62,000 bases of DNA from Wallemia ichthyophaga EXF-994 (Eukaryota > Fungi > Basidiomycota). Each line of letters starts with the position of its first letter. Position 1 is the first letter of the stretch. The position numbers and the translations under genes were made by a program. Under the pieces are notes generated by a model. That model did no database searches. It was not told where the DNA came from and saw nothing but the letters and a program-made list of their open reading frames with translations. Location of the stretch: positions 206,001-268,000 of the forward strand of contig NW_008806277.1 in the NCBI RefSeq assembly GCF_000400465.1, read 5' to 3'. Shown here one piece after another: positions 21,577-33,472 of this stretch.

Positions 21577-22911
21577 ATGGTGCAATCCATCTCAGAAGCT
21601 GAATCTATTGGCATACTCAACCTGCCAAATCAGCGCCATAAGAGTAATTCCTTTCTCTGTGTCCGTCATGCCCAGCTAACGCTCTCTAGTTGGTTAGTTG
21701 CCAGGTCATCACGCTAACAAACCAATTAACTGTACCGTAGTCGCAAAGCGTGGTGGACATTTCACTATAATGGTCGTCGGTGAATCTGGCCTCGGAAAGG
21801 TTAGTAGAATTGTACGTGACACGCTTTTCTAATCACGACTATCAGTCTACACTCATCAACACACTCTTTTCCACTGAGCTTTCCGCTAAGAAGGATTACC
21901 GTCGCCGCCACGCCAAGCAGCTCGACAAAACTACTGAGATTGAGATTATCAAAGCGTACGTTTATTTATGTCTTAGATATGTCTCTGACGTGCTTTAGTG
22001 AATTGGAAGAGAAGCAATTTAAGGTTAAGCTCACTGTCATCGATACCCCTGGCTTCGGTGATTACGTTAACAACCGTGATAGCTGGTCTCCAATTATTGA
22101 TTTCATTGATGATCAGCATGAGTCTTATATGCGTCAAGAGCAACAGCCAAACCGTCAGGAAAAATCTGATATGAGGGTACACGCTTGTTTGTACTTTGTT
22201 CGTCCAACTGGCCACACACTTAAGCCACTGGACATCGAAATCATGAAGAGACTTGGTACGCGTGTCAACCTTGTTCCAGTAATCGCAAAGGCAGATACCC
22301 TTACTCAGGCTGATTTACAGTCATTTAAGAAGCGCATCTGGGAGGTCATTCACGCTCAAGGTATCAAGATATATCAACCACCTGTTGAATCTGACGATGA
22401 AGGCAACCAACAACACGTTCAAGACCTCATTGACTCTTTGCCATTCTCAATCATTGGCTCAACTGAGGATGTGAAGAATGGTGAAGGAAAGCTTGTGAAA
22501 GGAAGACAATACTTATGGGGTGTGGCTGAGGTTGAGAACGAGCAGCACTGTGACTTTAGAAAGTTAAGACAGCTCCTCGTTAGGACGCACATGCTTGATC
22601 TGATCAATACCACTGAAGAAACGCACTATGAGCACTACAGACAAGCACAAATGGAAACGAGGAAATTTGGAGAACCAAAACCAAAGAAGCTTGACAACCC
22701 AAAGTTCAAAGAAGAAGAGGAAGCTCTCAGAAAGAGATTTACTGAACAAGTTAAGTTGGAGGAAGGCAGATTTAGGCAGTGGGAGCATCACTTGATGGCT
22801 GAGAGAGACAGATTGAACAAGGATCTCGAAACTTCTCATGGACAAATCAAATCAATTGAGTCAGAGTTGGATGCAATACAAATTGGCTATGGCCGCTCAC
22901 AACGCCGTTAA
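21577..22911 (+). CDS. CDC12: Septin, Cdc12/AspC class
   Basis: IGILNLPNQRHKIVAKRG..FTIMVVGESGLGKST, DTPGFGD, VIAKADTLT and a C-terminal coiled coil. Confidence 0.92.
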
Positions 22912-23214
22912 CGATTGACTTGAATACCCATTTACACTGATGAACAATCAAGATGAATATAATTTTACATTTCTTAATAAATTTATAAGTAATACATGAT
23001 ATGGGTTTATGTTTAGTTTTCTTTGGGTTTTGGTATATCGCTGTGCCTGTCACGCTGATAGCAGTCTTAGCCCTATCTAGACAGAGGAATGGAGGGAAAA
23101 CTGTTAATAAATCACAATCAAATAAATTTAGATTTTAGTAATTAAACTGCTATAAAAAAAGTTACCCAATTCGACTCGCACTCTTTCGTCAGTACCACCA
23201 CCGAGCGAGCTAAA

Positions 23215-25910
23215 ATGGAGGAATAGTGAGTGTATCGGCTTGTGATTCTTATTCTAATAAATTCATAGTGCACCGCTTACACCAACATCAATCCCTTCGC
23301 CCACAACTTCCTCAAAGGAGTTATACAACTACGGCTTACAGTACCCTCCCACTCCCAAACAACACAAGTCAAATTGCTTGCCAGAATCCTCTAATCATGC
23401 TGCCACCTTAAATTCATCTAATCCACCTTTGTTGAAGCTCCTTGGTATTCCACAAACAGGTGCTAAATCTAGAGTCGAGACTCAAATCAAGATCATTCTC
23501 CAGCTTGAGAACATTCCCAATAATCAATGGAACTTTATCAGACTTCCCTATGGCTCAGCTTCGAAAAAGAGATCTAAGAGAGGTGCACCAATGCCTTACG
23601 ATGTACCTAGGCACAATACCCTCTATCTGGAAACCCAAGTCAACTGTGCAACTGCTCCTTATTGTCCCGTCTATGCTTGTTCTCCTTGCAAAGAACGTGA
23701 AAAGAAGCGTTTCCAGCGTAAACGTGATGCTAGAAGACGTCCAAGATCGAAATCTGATGATGAAGGTCAAGACGACGCTCTACTCAATTCCGCTCCCTTA
23801 CCCGTTAAAGATCAATGGGAGCGTAATAAGATTACACTCTTCAATTGTGGTGAACTTGTCCCTCTCAGTGAGGATATCGCTTATGAAGGTGCTCAACCAT
23901 TGCCAACCGCTGTTCTTCCAACGCGCGTCACTTGTTACTGTAGGCATCACCGTGAAAAGACCGGTTTTACAATAGGCTTTACCCTCAAGCAACACGATGG
24001 CAGCGTTGTTGCATCAAACAAATCACCACCGATTATGATCACGGATGATCACAAGACCTCAACAGGTAAAACGTCTAATTACGGTGAGCAAAGCTCAATC
24101 AAATGTCGCAACCCATTGAAATCTACAAGAGGTATCAAAGATGACGCTCTACTTGCTCAATCCGATACCAATGACAGAAAACCTTATACGAGAAATACTA
24201 GAAGGCAAAACTCACCTTTGGAGATAAATCTCGCCAATAGTTCTAGTCAATCATTCGTATCACCATCTGATTACTCAATGAAGAATGCCCTCAACACCAC
24301 TCCCTCAACAACCCCCAGTCCACCCAGGAGCATCAAAAAGTCTTTGATAGGAGACCTTGAAGGCTCAGCAGGCTTACCCAAAACCTTGGAAGAGTCTCTC
24401 GTCAAGTTTGAACATACTGATGAGCTCGAGACGTATTTGACGTCTAGCTTGAGTGTGCAATCACCTATACAGTTGAATGATTCAGCTAATACGTTAGATG
24501 AATCCAATTCGAAAGGCAACAATCCAACGTTTGATTCAGAAGTAGATAAATACATCGAAAGTTCTTGGGTGGATGATGGTATTAGCAGAAACGAAAGCAT
24601 TAATATATACAATGGTCCGAAAATTTCTAGAGTTGTACCATTTGAGGGACCTACAAGGGGTGGTACAGAGATTACAATCCTCGGTCAACACTTTCCCGAT
24701 GGGTTGACTGTATACTTCGGTTCAAATGCTGCATCTAGGGTCACGAGATGGGGAGAATGTACACTAGTATGTTTGTTGCCGCCTTCGTCCAAGCCTGGGA
24801 CTGTAAGCGTCTCATTAAGAGGATATAATACGAGCGATGAACAACATGGAGACAATCCATTGACTTTCACGTACATCGATGAATCGGATAAAGCTTTAGT
24901 TAGTCCCTTCTCTTTCACGTATTTCAAAGCTGACAATCACCTAGATGGAGCTCGCCTTAAAAGTTCTTGGTTACAATCTCACAGGTAAATATGAGGATGC
25001 AAGAAACGTTGCAATGAGAATCGTGGGAACCGAGAATGGCGAAGGGCAAGTGGATGATAAAGCAAGCAATACTTTGAGTGCCACCAACTTTGATCTTGAA
25101 GCATTCACAATTAATGCGCTACGATTGCTCGATTACAGACAGAACGTCGATAGTTTAAACCTTCTCAATAAACAAAGACAGACGATACTACATTTATCCT
25201 GTCAATTGTCAATGGTGGAACTGACTCAAAGCCTGATTGAATGTGGTGCAGATGTAAACGCAAGGGACATCAATGGATTCACACCGTTGCATTTCGCTTA
25301 CATCAGTAAATCTGAGAATTGCGCAAGAATGTTGTATAATAGCGGCGCAGATGTTGAGGTTGTAAACGCTTGCGGTATTTCTGCAAAGGAGCTTGGTGAA
25401 CTTACGTACTCGAATAAGCTCTCGATACAAGACAGTGAAGACGCTGATGACGAAATCAACTTCTCAAGCGCTGAGGACGACTCGTCATTAGATGATAGAG
25501 TAAGTAAAAGCAACTTACTGCAATCAAATGACAGAGGGACGATTAAAGATCTTGAAAAGAAGGATAATGAGGAAGAGATTGGCTACCAAGAGAAGGCACT
25601 TGAAGTGTTTTTAACAAATCTTAGTACAAAGCTAAGTGAAAAGACCGGTTGGAATCCCGCTGGCACCACATCTCGCTTTACTAAAGTGGAAATGGAAGCA
25701 AATGGAGAAAGTCTCGTCGATGAGGAGGATTGGTCAACGAGAGCAAAGAAAAGAGCGCAAAGCGTCGTTGAGGACGTCCGCCTAATGTTGTTTTGGGCAC
25801 CGGTGCTGCTTTTATCCTTGGTTTTCTCGTTCATCTCAATAGCACCGTTCATTAATAGGGTCGGTAACCAACTAGCACCACTACTAGGACTACAAGCAAA
25901 TTCTGAATAA
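23215..25910 (+). CDS. MGA2: Membrane-anchored IPT/TIG-ankyrin transcription factor, Spt23/Mga2 family
   Basis: AKSRVETQIKI, PTRVTCYCRHHREKTGF, SPPIMITDDHK, IPT domain (RVVPFEGPTRGGTEITILG), ankyrin repeats and a C-terminal TM segment. Confidence 0.9.
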
Positions 25911-25995
25911 CTTTTCCTGAATTTAATCTGAACATTTTTGTTTTGTTTTTCTTATTTGTTGAATAATGATATATGTACTTTTGTCAAGGATCATC

Positions 25996-27971
25996 ATGAG
26001 AGTTGCTGTGGTTGGATCCGGTATCAGCGGGCTTAGTGCTACATGGGTTAGTTCTATCGGCTGTGACATGAATACAGATTAAATTTGGTATAAAGCTCCT
26101 TAATGAGTATAGTGACGTTGAAGAGGTACACATCTTCGAAGCCAACAACTACTTTGGAGGACACACGAAGTGAGTGCATCGAAAGACGTGTGAGTTTTAA
26201 TCATATTGTGGAATACAGTACCGTGGAATTCAGCAAAGGCGACAACGATAAGAGTGTTGATGTAGATACGTAAGCTTTGCCACAGTGAGGAAAACAAATC
26301 TAAAGCAGATCATCACAGGGGATTCATAGTATTTAAGTGAGAATAGTCACTTAACTTGGTTTCGTATAATAATGGTTGATAGTGAAGTGACGTATCCGAA
26401 TATGATCAAGATGTTAAACTTGAAGGGAGTCCCGATCATTGATTCCGATATGTCATTCTCAGTATCGAGGAACTCCGGCTCTTTTGAATGGTCAGGGTCA
26501 GGTTTGAATGGCTTATTTGCTCAAAAGTCAAACATCTTCAACCTTGATCATTATGCCATGATTTTGTAGGTCCGATGATTATCGATAGCCTTAATTTTGA
26601 CGTCATAAAAGTGATATAGTTCGATTCAATGCGCTGTCTTTGGACTTGCTAGATGAAAAAAACAGTATGTCCGATATTACGATCGGCGATTACCTTAGGA
26701 AGGAGAAGTATTCGGCAGCATTCATTAACAATTACCTCATAGTAAGCTTCTTTTCTCACAACATGCCATTCCCATTAAACATAATTCGTAGCCAATGAGT
26801 GCAGCTATTTGGAGCACACCACCTGATTCTGTAGCTTTAGATGTCGGTGGTGCTTTATCTCTCGTGCTTCCAAGCTAACGATTATCTTAGTTCCCAGCCA
26901 GTACTCTTATTAGATTCATGTTAGTGGCTTTTCAACGGTGAAATCAACTAAATGACGTCAACAGGCACAACCACCATTTACTTCAAATAGCGGACAGAAC
27001 ACAGTGGTTGACGATAAAAGGAGGATCGTAGGTTTGTTTTCATTGTTTTTCAAATAGTTTTAATTAAACGGTTAGTAAATACTACGTTAATGAGATCATC
27101 AAGAATATGAAGGAAGGAACAACACATTTGTCAACACCTATAAGTAGTCTCAGACGTCTACATAATGGGACAGTTGAGCTTTCAACCGCAAACGAAGATA
27201 CATGGTTTTTCGATCACGTCATTCTCGCTACACATGCTGATACTTCTATGTCAATTATCAATGAAGACTTGAGTGAAAAGGAAAAGGGTCTTTTGAGCAA
27301 CTTTAAGTTTTCTAGTAACGAGGCTGTACTTCATTACGATGAGAAGGTGTGCTAATTAGCTCACAGCATACACTTTAACCAAATACTCACAGCTCATGCC
27401 GACAAGAAGAGAAGCATGGACTAGCTGGAACTTTTTGAGCAATGCTGACGAGAAATCTAACGTTAATAATCAAGTTTCATTGTGAGTTGATACTTTTATA
27501 AAGAAATTAGACAATGACAACATTCCAAGAACGTATTGGATGAACTTATTACAAAGTTTGAGTGAAGAGAATTATGGAAATGTTCTAGTAACACTGAATC
27601 CACCACTCGAACCAAGAGAAGATTGTGTTATTGGTAGATGGAGCTATGAACACCCTTTGATAAGCGCTGATGCGGTTCAAGCTCAAGGTCCGATGAATGA
27701 AATACAAGGTAAAGATGGGTTAAGCTTCGCAGGTGCATGGTTGAAATATGGGTTCCATGAGGATGGCTTTATATCAGGTTATAATGCCGTAAAGACAATA
27801 AATGGCTTGACAGTAGCGGCACCATTTGATTTAATTTCACCTGAAAGACAGGTAGATCAGGTTAATGCACAAGTACGATTTATGCTCTACATACTGCAAT
27901 ATCTGAGAATGAACAAGGTGTTGATATCATTTGTAGTGATTATCGCGTCTGTTTACTTGTCAATTGATTAG
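25996..27971 (+). CDS. FAD/NAD-binding amine-oxidase-like protein (COG2907-like), many introns
   Basis: MRVAVVGSGISGLSATW dinucleotide-binding motif, FGGHT, YPNMIKML, DMSFSVS, YEHPL and FAGAWLKYGFHEDGF. Confidence 0.85.
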
Positions 27972-29877
27972 ATAGTCTATTATTATAGTGTTCAATATTG
28001 CTTGATAGTCTCGATAAACCGTTTTCAGATAGACTCAGCCGATTGTCCTCTAATTGAGAAGTGATTTGATGATAATTCAATGAGTTCCCACCACTAATTC
28101 GTGTCAAACAGTCCAATAAGGCAATCTTGTTGTTGTATTCGGAAAACAGTGCAACGAAGGCGACCATGGTCTCTAGATTTTCATTGGGTATCTTATGACT
28201 GAAAAGATTTTCAACAATGTTCAAAAGTGGTCTATTGAATAGATTAGATTTGTCGAGTAAATTATGTGATATAGTCAGATGCAGGAGAATTGAATGCCGT
28301 CTATAAATAGTGAGGTGATTGTATTTAGCTAGAAGGTAAAGTTGATAATTTAATTGTGCAAGGTTGATGGTTTTACTGTTTATTGTGTGATCTAAACATC
28401 TTAATATTATGGACTTTGATGGTTTATGATGACGCGACTTATCTAATTTGATTAATAAATTAGCCACAGGACGATCGACTAATATGTGAAATTTGATGAT
28501 GATTTCTAGGAAAGGCAAAGGATCGATACTTCTTTCATTGAGATCGATCAAAATTTTATCGATCAAGTCAAAGGACTGGGTATTCAATAATTGATTAATC
28601 AAAGTGCCATACGTTTCACTAGTAGGATGTAGACCTCTATCTAAAGCGTAATTGAATAGTTGAAAGGCTTGAGAAGGAGAGTTTTGAGCTATTGATAATA
28701 AAGATAAATTGATATCCTTCAAGTCAGGCATGATAGATCTGGATAGTAGATGACGAAAGACGGCCAATGAAGCGCTAGAGTTGCCTAAATATAGACACAT
28801 TCTTGATAGAGCGTTTAATTGGATGTGATTATAATCTGAAGGTTTAGAATCCTTCAAGTAATTATCAAAGATAAGATTAGCTAGTTTGAAATTATCAGAG
28901 TTACCCTTTTGGTTTGTTAGAAGCCTTATGATTGATAAAGTGAGATTTGAAGAATGTGTTGGAGATAATTGAGATGATGGTAAGTTAGGATAAGCGAGTT
29001 TGATGATGTCAGATTGATTTAATTTACAGCAATTAATGAGAATTGAAGATTGAATGGATGGTTCCAGTAGATTGAATTTATTAGTCTCTAATAATGATAG
29101 GGTGAAAGCTTTGTGATTAGATTTTAGATTCTGGGAGGATAGATGGTTGGATATTGTTAAAAGAGATAGTTGCGGAGGTGTGTAAGTATCTTTAACTTTT
29201 AAATAAAGCTTGTATAAGTTGTTGTTGTTGTTATTGTCCTGTAATTCCACCAATAAACGGAATAAACCATCAAAATGAGTTGTAGGGAGTTGATAATCTA
29301 ACTTGATCAAGTACTTTAATAGTAGATTGATAGCTGATTTATCGCCATCCATGATAAAATGACTCATAATAGTATTTAATAAGTTATCTTTGTAGTCAGT
29401 GGATGATGAACATTTTAGTAGTGAAGATGAGTATCGTAATGCTAGATCGCCTTTACCATAACGTAAAGAGATTAAGCAGGAATAGTTGAGAATGATAAAT
29501 TTAATGTTATTCAGGTTATTCGAATCGTTAATATTATTGATATGGTTAGTGAAACCAGAGTCGTTTAGATGATTAAATAGAGATTGTGCTATTGTCAAAG
29601 AGTTTTTATCATCAGAGTTAATAAGCCATAGAATAACATTTAAGCAATCATAGAGTGAATCATAATTCTGATAATTGATTGTGAAAGGTGTGGATGGAAC
29701 CGATGAAGTCAAGAATGGTTTAAATCTATCCAAATTTTGATTTATAGTTTCCAATTTTTCATGCAATTGATTGTAATTTGATAGACTGATAGATTTATCA
29801 CCAAAAACCAACGTTCTGAATGATCTATTGATACTAAATTTAAACTTCTTATCGATTAGTCTATTCAAAATTCTCAT
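27940..29877 (-). CDS. Probable mitochondrial pentatricopeptide-repeat-like protein, 645 aa
   Basis: Long intact AT-rich ORF with a basic N-terminal presequence and PPR-like units (e.g. ALDRGLHPTSETYGTLINQLL). Confidence 0.6.
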   Translation of the reverse strand: MRILNRLIDKKFKFSINRSFRTLVFGDKSISLSNYNQLHEKLETINQNLDRFKPFLTSSVPSTPFTINYQNYDSLYDCLNVILWLINSDDKNSLTIAQSLFNHLNDSGFTNHINNINDSNNLNNIKFIILNYSCLISLRYGKGDLALRYSSSLLKCSSSTDYKDNLLNTIMSHFIMDGDKSAINLLLKYLIKLDYQLPTTHFDGLFRLLVELQDNNNNNNLYKLYLKVKDTYTPPQLSLLTISNHLSSQNLKSNHKAFTLSLLETNKFNLLEPSIQSSILINCCKLNQSDIIKLAYPNLPSSQLSPTHSSNLTLSIIRLLTNQKGNSDNFKLANLIFDNYLKDSKPSDYNHIQLNALSRMCLYLGNSSASLAVFRHLLSRSIMPDLKDINLSLLSIAQNSPSQAFQLFNYALDRGLHPTSETYGTLINQLLNTQSFDLIDKILIDLNERSIDPLPFLEIIIKFHILVDRPVANLLIKLDKSRHHKPSKSIILRCLDHTINSKTINLAQLNYQLYLLAKYNHLTIYRRHSILLHLTISHNLLDKSNLFNRPLLNIVENLFSHKIPNENLETMVAFVALFSEYNNKIALLDCLTRISGGNSLNYHQITSQLEDNRLSLSENGLSRLSSNIEHYNNRLSNQLTSKQTR

Positions 29878-29953
29878 TTGCTGATTTATTCGTTAACATC
29901 AACTCCTCTGTATCCGCCTTATCAACTCACGATCCCCTATATCAATTTAGCTC

Positions 29954-30202
29954 ATGGGCAAATCTGCTAAATTCACAAAGAAACCTTTAAATAAAAAATT
30001 ATCAAAAAACAAAAATATAAATGCATCGTCTAGCTCTAATACTACAAGCCAGAAACATCCCACAACGAATCCTCCGCCACCTTCACACTCCGCAAAGCGT
30101 AGAAACAGAATTGTACAGCTATCAAATCAAGCAAAGGAAGCTAAATCAAAGGGCAGAACTGTGTTAGACGATAAAGATTATTTGAAATTATATGAAAAGT
30201 GA
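29954..30202 (+). CDS. Small basic hypothetical protein, 82 aa
   Basis: Intact ORF MGKSAKFTKK...VLDDKDYLKLYEK occupying its own intergenic slot. Confidence 0.55.
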   Translation: MGKSAKFTKKPLNKKLSKNKNINASSSSNTTSQKHPTTNPPPPSHSAKRRNRIVQLSNQAKEAKSKGRTVLDDKDYLKLYEK

Positions 30203-30412
30203 AATATTTGTAAAATTATTTTGGTTTTGCAGAGAAAATGAGAATACATATTATATTTTACACATAAGGATTATTATACATCAAAGAATATCATCTATGG
30301 AGTCATCTGCTGCTCACGTTTGCGCGATTGAGTTTGGTTGGTTCCCTACAATCTAAATAAGTAAGTAATTAATTCTGATATTAAACCATCTTATCAATAT
30401 ATGCACCTCAGT

Positions 30413-32472
30413 ATGACTGCTTATCTACCCCGTCAACAGTCTCAGCCCGCTTCCTCCTCCCCTATCGAATCTGAGTTTCCGCCAATCTATCTCAATACTC
30501 CAAACACTTCCCCTAAAATCAAAGATCAAGATATCGACGAAGAAGCTCTAGCCGACGTGTCTTTCGCGTCTTCAATCTCCATAACAACGAACTCTCCTTC
30601 ACCTCACAAATCTCAACCGAATTCAAACTTACCTTTGAATGATCTAAGTTTAAATGAGAATCAGACTATTAAGTCTAACAATCCTTACAATACCACCTCA
30701 AGAGGTAAAAAGCGCGTTGGCTTACCTGCAATGTGGTCCGTCACAAAGCAATCTATATCCCCACCCAACTCTTCTAAAAACAAAAGAAATGCTGTTATGT
30801 TTGAGCCTAAATCTGTTAGTTTTCACCTCTTTAAATGCGTTTTTGACTTATTCATTCCCTACAGACTATTATCCCTTCCTCGCCTCCATCCTCTCACCAC
30901 CATTCTGGTAGCTTAGATAAAGCTGATGAAAGTTCACAATATGTCTCTCAAAACAGTTATCAGGACTCGTCTCCAGAGTCTAAGTCTTCAATTAGACCTA
31001 GAGCTCCTTCTGAACCTTCAAAACCCGACATCTATTATCATAACCCATCCTCTCCGGAAAGAGTAAAGAAACCAAGACTTTCTCCTTTGAAACCCCCTTT
31101 CATGTCTATCAAGACCTTAGGTAGAGCTTATTCTGCACCAGACAACTACGTTGGTCAATCAAAAACTATCTCAGGCACTCTCTCTCCTTATCAATCATCT
31201 CAATCTCCTAATTATTCAAAGTATAAGTCTGCCCCAATACGCGAGCGTAGACAAAACAAAAAGAGCAGACCTCCAATGCCCTCATTCGAACAACAATCAC
31301 CTTCATTGTTCAATAATGACCATCAATCTGAAAACCAACCTGATAAATCAAACAAAAAACCCTTCGCTAAACCCGCATTCAGAAGAGCTTTCTCTTTAGT
31401 TGCTCCAAATCCAATGAACAATGTCCCATCACCGGGTGATATTGACTCTTCACCATGTGCTGATGCTTCTCCGTCAATAAGACCTTTATCACAACAAATT
31501 CAACAAAAAAACACTTTTAATAGACCTTCAGGTCCTTTGAGAGCTCTATCTTCTTTACAAGGTCCTGCGATTTCTCCTAGAGGTGTTCAAATTCCTGGTT
31601 TCGGTCATAGTGAAAAGGAGGGTAAACTTTTACCTTGTTTCAACGTTAAGGATGATGGCTTAATGAGAGTAAACCCTGATGTCGTTGATGACTTGATATC
31701 CAACCCTCTGCCAAACAATATTAGTGATTTACACATCGTTGATTGTAGATTCCCATTCGAATATGCAGGTGGTCATATTCCAGGTGCTGTTAATCTTGGT
31801 ACTCTTCAAGCTGTTGAGAATCATTTCTTAATACCAAACTCTGGTATTAATCAATCATCTTTCTCTTTACCTACACCCTCAACTTCTGCATCTAATAATG
31901 AAAATAGTCGAAAAGTTATTATTTTCCACTGCGAATTCTCAAACATGAGAGCACCTACACTCGCAAAGCACCTTAGATCTTTAGACAGAAGTCGCAATGA
32001 ACATCCTAACCTAAATTTTCCGGAACTCTATATTTTATCAGGAGGTTACGCGGAATATTACAAACAATATAATTTTAAAAAACCTTACTTGAGATATACA
32101 CCGATGGATGCACCAAACTTCCATCCAGAACGAGAAGCTCATCTAGCTGCATTCAGAGCCTCATCAAAACCATCTTCCATGGGTGGCGGACCAAATATGG
32201 GATTAAGGTCAAAATCGTTTACATTTGCAACTAACAGCTCTAGATTGACAAATGTTTCAAAACTACTACAAGATCAGACAGTACATGAGGAGTGTAGTGA
32301 GATTTCAATGGATGCCTCACCTTGCGCGCCTTCACAGAAAAGTAACAGACCTCCATTACTTAATAGACACAAATCACTCGCTAAGTTGCAAAGCTCGCCT
32401 CTTAAATTAGACAGCGACAACGATTCACCAATGAAGATAAAAAGGGACTTGACTTTTGTTGATCGGTCATAA
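30413..32472 (+). CDS. CDC25: M-phase inducer phosphatase, Cdc25/Mih1 type
   Basis: IVDCRFPFEYAGGHIPGAVNL and catalytic IFHCEFSNMRAP, followed by YILSGGY. Long S/P-rich N-terminus. Confidence 0.92.
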
Positions 32473-32598
32473 TCATCAAAACGTCTCAAACACTCTTTCT
32501 CAAACACACTCTCTCAAACATTCTTTCTATTCAGTATTTTGTTTATAGTTGTATATGTTTATATAAATACACGGTATTATTCAAGCTCAAACTCAAAA

Positions 32599-33307
32599 TC
32601 AAATACCCAATCGCTCTTCTAACTCCTTGTTTTGAAGTTTCAGTGTTTCTATAGTGTTCATATCTGACTTTTGCTGTGTTATATGCCCAAGATATTCCTT
32701 GCGTAGATCTTCATATTGAGATTGTAATTCTGTATACATTCCTGCACGCTCTTTGACATTTGAGAGTGTTGAACGATGTTCATTGTCTAATTCGAGCTGC
32801 CTTTCTTGTTGTAATACATATAATCTCTTTGATAATTCGTTAACGGTGGTATCCTGGAATGTCTTTCTAGCCGCAAGTCCAACACTCAGTTGATTCTCCA
32901 GCAAACTTATCTTTGATAGTAACTCCTGATTCTCCTTACTCAACGCAAAGGCTGCTTCAGATGATTGCTGGTATTGTTGCCTTAGGAAGTCATTATCCTC
33001 TACTAAACCGTTTATACGTCTGTCATTATCTTCAACTTGTGCGCCTAATCTGACATTCTCGCCAACATTCCTTTCGTGATCCCCTTGGAGGGCATGAGCA
33101 AACTTTGTGAATTGATCGAATGGATTGAGCGGCTAATAATGTTAGATGATTTTTCACTTTAACTTACTACCTTACTGTTTCTGGTGCTTCTTCGACATTG
33201 ACGTCCTTTGACTCGTTATCTTTGACTCTCACATCATCCTCATTTGGCTGCTCAATAATTACCGCTTCAACTACTGCATCATCTTGCATCGGTACATTAT
33301 CCTCCAT
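32599..33307 (-). CDS. Hypothetical coiled-coil protein
   Basis: E/Q/K/L-rich heptad ORF pieces joined by a short GTAAGG intron; start codon uncertain. Confidence 0.55.
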
Positions 33308-33472
33308 TTCTTGTGTACTGGCAGAATAACTTGATGATGACCGTTGGTTCTTATCCGTTAACTCATAAGACTTGTAATAAGAATAATAAATTCACTTTAC
33401 AATTATATAATGCTAATTTGTAATCGTACAATGCGAAATAGTTATGCAATGAAGTGATTGCCGTTACGGAAA

